DNA of 64,000 nt from Octopus vulgaris (taxonomy: Eukaryota): positions 6,758,001 to 6,822,000 of the forward strand of contig OX597830.1 of assembly GCA_951406725.2 (NCBI GenBank), in the 5' to 3' direction. The translations under genes and the position numbers were made by a program. Under the pieces are notes generated by a model. It saw nothing but the letters and a program-made list of their open reading frames with translations, was not told the DNA's origin and ran no database searches. Numbering within the stretch: the first letter of the stretch is position 1; the number at the start of each line of letters is the position of its first letter. Of the stretch, positions 56,983-64,000 are shown piece by piece.

Positions 56983-58463
56983 GATATTTGTTTATGCGCT
57001 TGTTGTTTGTGTCTGTGTTTGTCCTCCCACCACAACATCGCTTCACACAGTAGAGAGAAGTATATCGTTGAAGAGGCGTGGACAGAAGCGTGTCTTCTCA
57101 TAGCAAGCGAAACTGTGCTTCAAAAGCATCAGATGTGACAAAATTTGGGGCATTTACTAATTCGAGGCACAGATAGAAAAGTATTCAGTCGACCTGCATA
57201 TGTGGAATTAGGGGATTTAAAGTGTTACTAATTTAAATGAAATAGAGAATGGTCTGGATAAAAATTGCAAATATATCACAAGAACTAGAGTTCTGGTGCG
57301 CGGTGAAATGCAAGCTGCTGGAGAAATTTAGCAGCTGCTGAAAATAAATTTCGAAAGGTAAATTTGGATTAGATGAGGTTGAAGATCCTGATTCAGGTGA
57401 AACCTTGGATACTGGGCAGGGCCTCCGACCTATCATAAATCCAGTGAAGCCAATAACATCAAGTATTAGGAGAATTTAGAACTACATACCACAAATGTGG
57501 CAACCCCTGTCACTCCAAAGCCTTTTGCCACCAACAACAGCAGAAAGCAATCTAAGATTCTGGGTACAAGAAAACTGCGAACACATGCTTCTGTCTCAAT
57601 AAGCGTCCTCAGCACAGCAGTTGTACTATTTCTCCTTCAGGAGAAGGAGAAATTTTGAAATAGGCTAAAAGGGGTAGAACAATTTATAACCTAAGTAGTG
57701 TGCATGAATAAAATCGAAATTATCGAAGAAAATATCTTAGAGTGGCTTGTGGCAAGTGTGCTAACAAACTGATGTTATATTCATTCAACAGTAATTTTAT
57801 AAACAAATCTCATCCATAAGATATAAGTAAGCATTTTATTTTTCTCCTTAAAATAAAAGGAAAACGATATTTACAATATTTCTTAACAAATTATATCTAT
57901 TACGGCAAAAGTTACACTGAGTGTGCATATTCAAATTCCTCTGGTACCTCATCAAACACCTTCTACAACTCAGCATACATCTACTCGGACATATCATCGT
58001 TTGTGCATCAAAGACTTATTGGACATTTCAGAATGTGCAGCATTCATTCATATCCAGATGAACCAGTGTCAGTCAATGAAGCCCTAAAACTCTGTCTAAG
58101 CGACATTCTGATGCAACCCAGAATATCTCTGCACAATCACAGCCATTCAGATATTTTTCCATCAGCATCTACGTTGTTCTCGAAGGTACTTCGACTCATT
58201 CTTGTAAATCTCTGAATTCGTTAGTTCTTACTCAGATGAACAACCAACACTCGACTGCCATACATACATTCATATGTGTTTTGTGTTTGTGTATGTGTGA
58301 CACATATATGCATATGTACGCACACACACACACACACACACATTCAGGAAAAATGGAAGAAATGTTTGACGTTTCGAGCCTACGCTCTTCTACAGAAAGG
58401 AATGAGAAGAAAAAACAGGTGGAAAGACGAGAAAGAGAAACGGAGAGAAATAAAGGTCTAGAC

Positions 58464-58682
58464 CAGTGCTTTTCGACATTTTTGCTGGAGCGGAACCCCA
58501 AGGAAACATTCCACTGGCTCGAGGAACCCCTGTGCAATAATTTAATAGGCTTATGCACACATATCTTCACAGGAGAATTAAAAATTACTGCCGATTTTAG
58601 CAGTTTTGTAACTTCTTGCGGAACCCCTGGACTGTACTGGCGGAACCCTAAGGTTCCGCGGAACTCTGGTTGAAAACTACTG
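58464..58682. mobile_element. hAT (Charlie-like) MITE with perfect 8-bp TSD
   Basis: TSD GTCTAGAC at 58456-58463 and 58683-58690; TIRs CAGTGCTTTTCGAC / GTTGAAAACTACTG; internal GGAACCC repeats. Confidence 0.9.
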
Positions 58683-59106
58683 GTCTAGACTAACGGTTGT
58701 GCATATGTGTGTGCGTGTATGCATTTATGTATATACTGTATAAATTACCCCGGGGAAAGTATGCACATCTCATATTCTCCCTATATTGAACACAGGGTTC
58801 TTCTGCATGAATAAAAAGGAAAGAAACCATTTCCCTCCAGTAGCACACACAGTCGCTTGGCATCAGGTAAACGGAAGTAAGTAAAAGCAAAAAGAAAAAG
58901 CAAAAAACAAACAAACACAAAAAACAAGCACCAAACTGGAACAAAACGAAAACAAAATGTTCGTCGTGTTTTCTCATTTTCACACTGCTGTCATTCACGT
59001 TGTAACTTTAGTGACACCACACGTTGTGTGGTCGATGTGTAGCCTGTTTCCCCGTTTGTCCTACCAATACTACTAACAATAATAATACCAACACCACTAG
59101 TGCCAA

Positions 59107-59207
<101 letters not shown>

Positions 59208-61014
59208 TGTCAGTCTGGCTTATATTGTACGGACGAGATTGTCAAGCGGCGACATATGTCTCCAGTCATGTATTATCGTATAGAGTCAGCGTTAGCGTCA
59301 ACTAACAGTTTACATCTTACAGCTATCTCACCTAACTACACAAAAACATCGTCATCGTAGTCGTAGTCGTGGTCGTGGTCGTCATCATCATCATCATCAT
59401 AATCATCGTCAATGTCATCATCAATTGCAGCAATTACAGCAGTAGCAGTCAGTAGTAGCAGCAGCAACAGCAGCAGCAGCAACATGACGATAAGGGAAAG
59501 ACGAAGTAAAGGGAGAGGAATTTTTGCAAGTTTAGGAGAAAAAGAAAAGAGGGAGAGACTGACTGACAGAGGATTGAAGAAGAACCCTAAAAATAACTGT
59601 TGTTGTTGTTGTTGGTGGTGGTGGTGTTGTTGTTGTTAGACCGACAATGGCTGGTGGTTTTCCTGTCTGGTGCATATGAGGAAAAAAAAGAGAGGTTTTA
59701 GAGACGGGCACACATTCCTATTTGACCAAACCCTGATCACTTTCTCCTAAAGCAATTTGGAGCGTGGGATGCGCGGGTAGAGTCCGACTGAATGGACCGG
59801 CTCTCCGTTTACCGGAGAACACAGATGGAAGACTGGGAAATCACTTGTCCTTATTAACACGGAAAATCCATGGACCAGAGCGTCCCAAGATTGGCCCCAG
59901 GTGGTTTCCCCCACCATTTTAGGATACAATTTATTCTGAATAACGCTGCTTTTTCTCTCTTTGCATTCTGTGTAGAAAGTTATTCTTCGACACCCTTCTA
60001 CCAATAACAAAGAAATCCCGTTTTATGTTCATATCGCACGCAGATAAACCTTTCCATTCTTTCTTCCGGGGTTGGTGAAATAAAGAACCCTTGAAGTACT
60101 TAGGAAGATTTAAGTGACCCCCCCCCCTCCAAATGTTTGGCACTTTGTTCCTATGCAAGTACGTAGCTTTTCTCCATCTGCTAAGATATTTCAAAAAGTG
60201 TTTGTGACGTTCCAGGCTGAAAGAACTAAGGACTAAGGACTGAGACCTTCGTCGACCTATTTCCAAGTTCCATTTCGAAAGAAATATGAGATTGTAGAAT
60301 GAAGTTCTCTCCTTTAGTGTGAATTTCTCAGAAACACAAATGACTGTTGCAAAAATGTCTTAGAGTAGATGTAATTAATTCAAGTGTGCGGTTGTTGGTC
60401 AGGAAACAGAATATGAGAAATTGTGTTTGCCCTATATGATCAGAGAGATTTTTAGAACCGGGTGGCCAAAGTTGGAGCGACTCCTGTCAATTATATACGA
60501 CGTAATGTTGTTGTTTGAATACATTGTACTGTCTCGACGTTTTCCTGATATTATTGAAGAATAAACACTGCATTATATTTGCATGTACAGAGGAACGTGC
60601 TTTAGTGGTAAGAATGGTTTCAATTCTTGGACAGAAGAATATATTGAATTCTTGAGCAAAAATCTCCCTTTCACATAACTCCAGTCCACTTATACATCAC
60701 AAAATCCTACAAACCGGAATTATATACGCCATAGAATCTAGGAAACCGAAAGATGCTAAACTCACTCCTCTGTCTTTGCACATATTTCAGGAAGCATATT
60801 TCACATTCTATCATGCAGTTGTTGTTTTGTGTGGCATATTATGACAGATTGTTCATGTAATAGAACTCTCTCTACTGTGGATGATTATACTTCGCAATAA
60901 TGCGTGCACATGTTATTTCAAGCGGCATCTTGCGACACCCCAGACATGTGGTTCTCCTTCCACATCACATGCTGATTCTAGTGGTGGCCTAACGGAAGCA
61001 CGAAGCTTCTGAGT

Positions 61015-61256
61015 CAGTGGTTCGCAACCGGTCAATATAACCCTTGGACCTCCATAAAGATCTTTTTGGTTATAATTTATCAGCAATACATTGGTTACTC
61101 TTCTACAATGCACAAAATATTTTAGCAATTTATTTATGCAATTCCAAATATTTAATCATAAAATATAATGATACGATTAAATAATACGTTAAATGGCCAT
61201 AAAGGTCAACCAGAGTAAAATAAAATTCATAAGCAAAAGCTGGTTGCGAATCGTTG
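61015..61256. mobile_element. Older hAT-like MITE
   Basis: TIRs CAGTGGTTCGCAACCGG / CTGGTTGCGAATCGTTG; imperfect 8-bp TSD TTCTGAGT / TTCGTAGT. Confidence 0.7.
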
Positions 61257-61384
61257 TTCGTAGTAGTCACTAGATCTCAAAGATATAGCAGCTACATTTT
61301 ACTCAAAGTTCAATTTACTACAAAATTTATCGATCTACAATAACTAAATCCTGTAAATAATATTCCATAACAAAAAATGGTGAT

Positions 61385-61588
61385 ACATTATTTACATTTG
61401 ACGGCTATTTGTCCTCATCTTGTTTGTTGTTAACACAACGTTTCGGCTGATATACGTTCCAGCCTTCATCAGGTGTGTTGGGAAAATATCGAACCTGGGT
61501 TCTCATTCCTAAATATCCGTCAAATATTCTTCAAATGTAAATAATGTAAATAATGTACATAATTCCTCATCTCTTGAATATAGAACTG
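61385..61588 (-). mobile_element. ~200-bp hammerhead-bearing insertion with 13-bp TSD
   Basis: TSD AAAAAATGGTGAT at 61372-61384 and 61589-61601. Minus strand acac-CTGATGA-AGGCTG...CAGCC-GAAA-CG-TT-gtgt at 61433-61477. Confidence 0.8.
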
Positions 61589-62477
61589 AAAAAATGGTGA
61601 TGTTACGATTAGCGAGTCGACAGGACGAAAGAGGAGTCTGAGACTATTGCTCATATTTAGCCCAAGGCTAGCCCCCAGTGAGCATGCCTATAGTTGTCAT
61701 TACTGATTGGCCTCCAGGTCAGATCAGACTTTGCAAACCTATGATGAAAAGCGTCCCAATTATGACAATCCCGCCTTCTTTCTCAGCTCGGGGAAGCCAA
61801 GACTACGTTATCCAAAGCATTCTTCCCTAAAACATTGCGATGCAATATGAGGGAGATTCTGCTGCTATTTCTTGCATACTAAATAACCACATAGAGGTTC
61901 TGTCGATGGTGTACCATGGAGACTATTACGGATAGGTTTAGAGAAGGGGTTAGAGGGGGTTCGTAGGGAAAGGGGTGGGGTTTGGTTGTGACAATAGATG
62001 GTATAGGTGTCAGTGGTAATATTGAATGTGTGATGCTGGTTGCACTGGTGGTGGTGGTGGTGGTGGGAGGTGATGGTTGCGGTGGGGGGTTTTCTTGTAG
62101 TTTGCGTAGATGACAGCATTGTTTGTGGTACTCGTGGTTGAAGTGGTGTGGTAGTGAAGTTGTGGTGTGTGTGTGTGTGTATCTATATATGAGTGCATGT
62201 GTGTGTGTTTATATATATACTTATATATATATATATATATATATACATGCATAAACACATATATTTATGCATACATATAAATATGTATGTATATATATAT
62301 ATTCATATACATATACATACACACACACCCATATATATGCACATACATACGTTTATACATATTCCTTTATATATGTATCCAACTATCTATGGGTATATAT
62401 TTCTATCTATATACGGGCGAATATATATGTATGCGTGTATATATATATATATGTGTGTGTATGTGTGAGTGTGTGTA

Positions 62478-62508
<31 letters not shown>

Positions 62509-62543
62509 TGCATATACATATATATACATAATACACACACACG

Positions 62544-62596
<53 letters not shown>

Positions 62597-62925
62597 GCAG
62601 GGGTTGACTAGTTAAGCTCCGAGCAGGAACATGTGACTGGCGCCTCTGTTGACACTAGACTAAAGATGTCAGTTCTGTTGATAGCTCTTCATTGACATCA
62701 CCACCGCTGCCGCCACCACCACAACAACAAGCACCACTTCTACAATAGCCGACACCACCACCACCACCACCACCGGTGTTCACCGCCGCCTTGGTGCACT
62801 ATTTCTCTCCATACGCTTTGTAGGAAAGCATGTAGTTTGTTGTCTGTGTACTTAAAACTTGTGTGTTTTCTCCAGCTAACGTCGTTGTCGACATTTCTTC
62901 AATACTGACACATACATGCATACAT

Positions 62926-63016
<91 letters not shown>

Positions 63017-63063
63017 TGTGTATATATTTATAGGTACATTTATATATATATATTTATTTATAG

Positions 63064-63280
63064 AAGGTGGCGAGCTGGCAGAGACGTTAGCGCGCCGGGC
63101 GAAATGCGTAGCGGTGTTACGTTCAGAGTTCAAATTCCGCCGAGGTCGACTTTGCCTTTCATCCTTTCGGGGTCGATAAATTAAGTACCAGTTTCGCACT
63201 GGGGTCGATGTAATTGACTTAATCCGTTTGTCTGTCCTTGTTTGACCCCTCTGTGTTTAGCCCCTTGTGGGCAGCAATGA
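63064..63280 (+). mobile_element. Meta-like SINE with Tx1-like tail
   Basis: Same head, core and tail as 19476-19697. Confidence 0.88.
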
Positions 63281-63739
63281 AATGTATGTATGTATGTATG
63301 TATGTATGTATGTATGTATGTATGTACGTACGTACGTACGTACGTACGTATACACCTACTATGCGTGTATATATATACATACACGCGCGCACAGACACAG
63401 GCATGCTTCTCTGTTTATATCTCCAATCCTCACACTTCCTCGTTTAGAGGCTCTTTCTCTCTCTTATATCCATTCATCTCTATTCCCCTCTCTCTGTTTC
63501 TTTCTCGCATTTCTCCTCCTTTCCCTCTTTCTTTGTCTCTACACCTCCCCTTCCTCCTCCTGCTCTGTATTTGTCGTATCACTCCTAAATGTAGCGTGGG
63601 TCCACTATTAAAACCTTTAGGGTCTCCCTTTTATCCTGCTACAATGGAAGCCATCTTAGTATATTTAATTAAACTGTTATAATTGCGTCGACTAATTAAA
63701 TTTACTTTCATAGTTAATATTTCCAAAATACCAAAGCAA

Positions 63740-64000
63740 CGACTGGCAACGACGGACAAGTTGCTTAGCGGTATTTCGTCTGCCGCTACGTTCTGAGTTC
63801 AAATTCCGCCGAGGCCTACTTTGCCTTTCATCCTTTCGGAGTGGATCAAATAAGTACCAGTTACGCACTGGGGTCGATATAATTGACTTAATCCGTTTGT
63901 CAGTCTTGTTTATCCTCTCTGTGTTTAGCCCCTTGTGGATAGTAAAGAAATAAGTATTTCGTCTGTCTCTACGTTCTGAGTTCAAATTCCACTGCGGTCT
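63740..64000 (+). mobile_element. Dimeric Meta-like SINE running off the window
   Basis: Core and tail, then a restart at GTATTTCGTCTG as in 43576-43964. Confidence 0.85.

Overview
Eukaryotic, AT-rich, extremely microsatellite-dense non-coding DNA. The repeat families and a cox1 nuclear-mitochondrial insertion point to a coleoid cephalopod, probably Octopus (inference). Almost all supplied ORFs are translated microsatellites. No intact protein-coding gene is supported. The window holds decayed transposons: L1/Tx1, RTE, CR1/L2-like, Dong/R4-like copies in (TAA)n, a Penelope GIY-YIG element, several mariners, and hAT and pogo-type MITEs. It also holds at least four tRNA-derived SINE types, two of which share 3' tails with LINEs in the same window. 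Other signals are a cox1 NUMT split by a SINE with a 19-bp target-site duplication, many hammerhead-ribozyme motifs in short Penelope-like remnants (one fully canonical), long hairpins, and local duplications, some probably assembly artefacts. One frameshifted minus-strand candidate exon carries an NLS-like motif. Coordinates were read by eye and may be off by a few bases.
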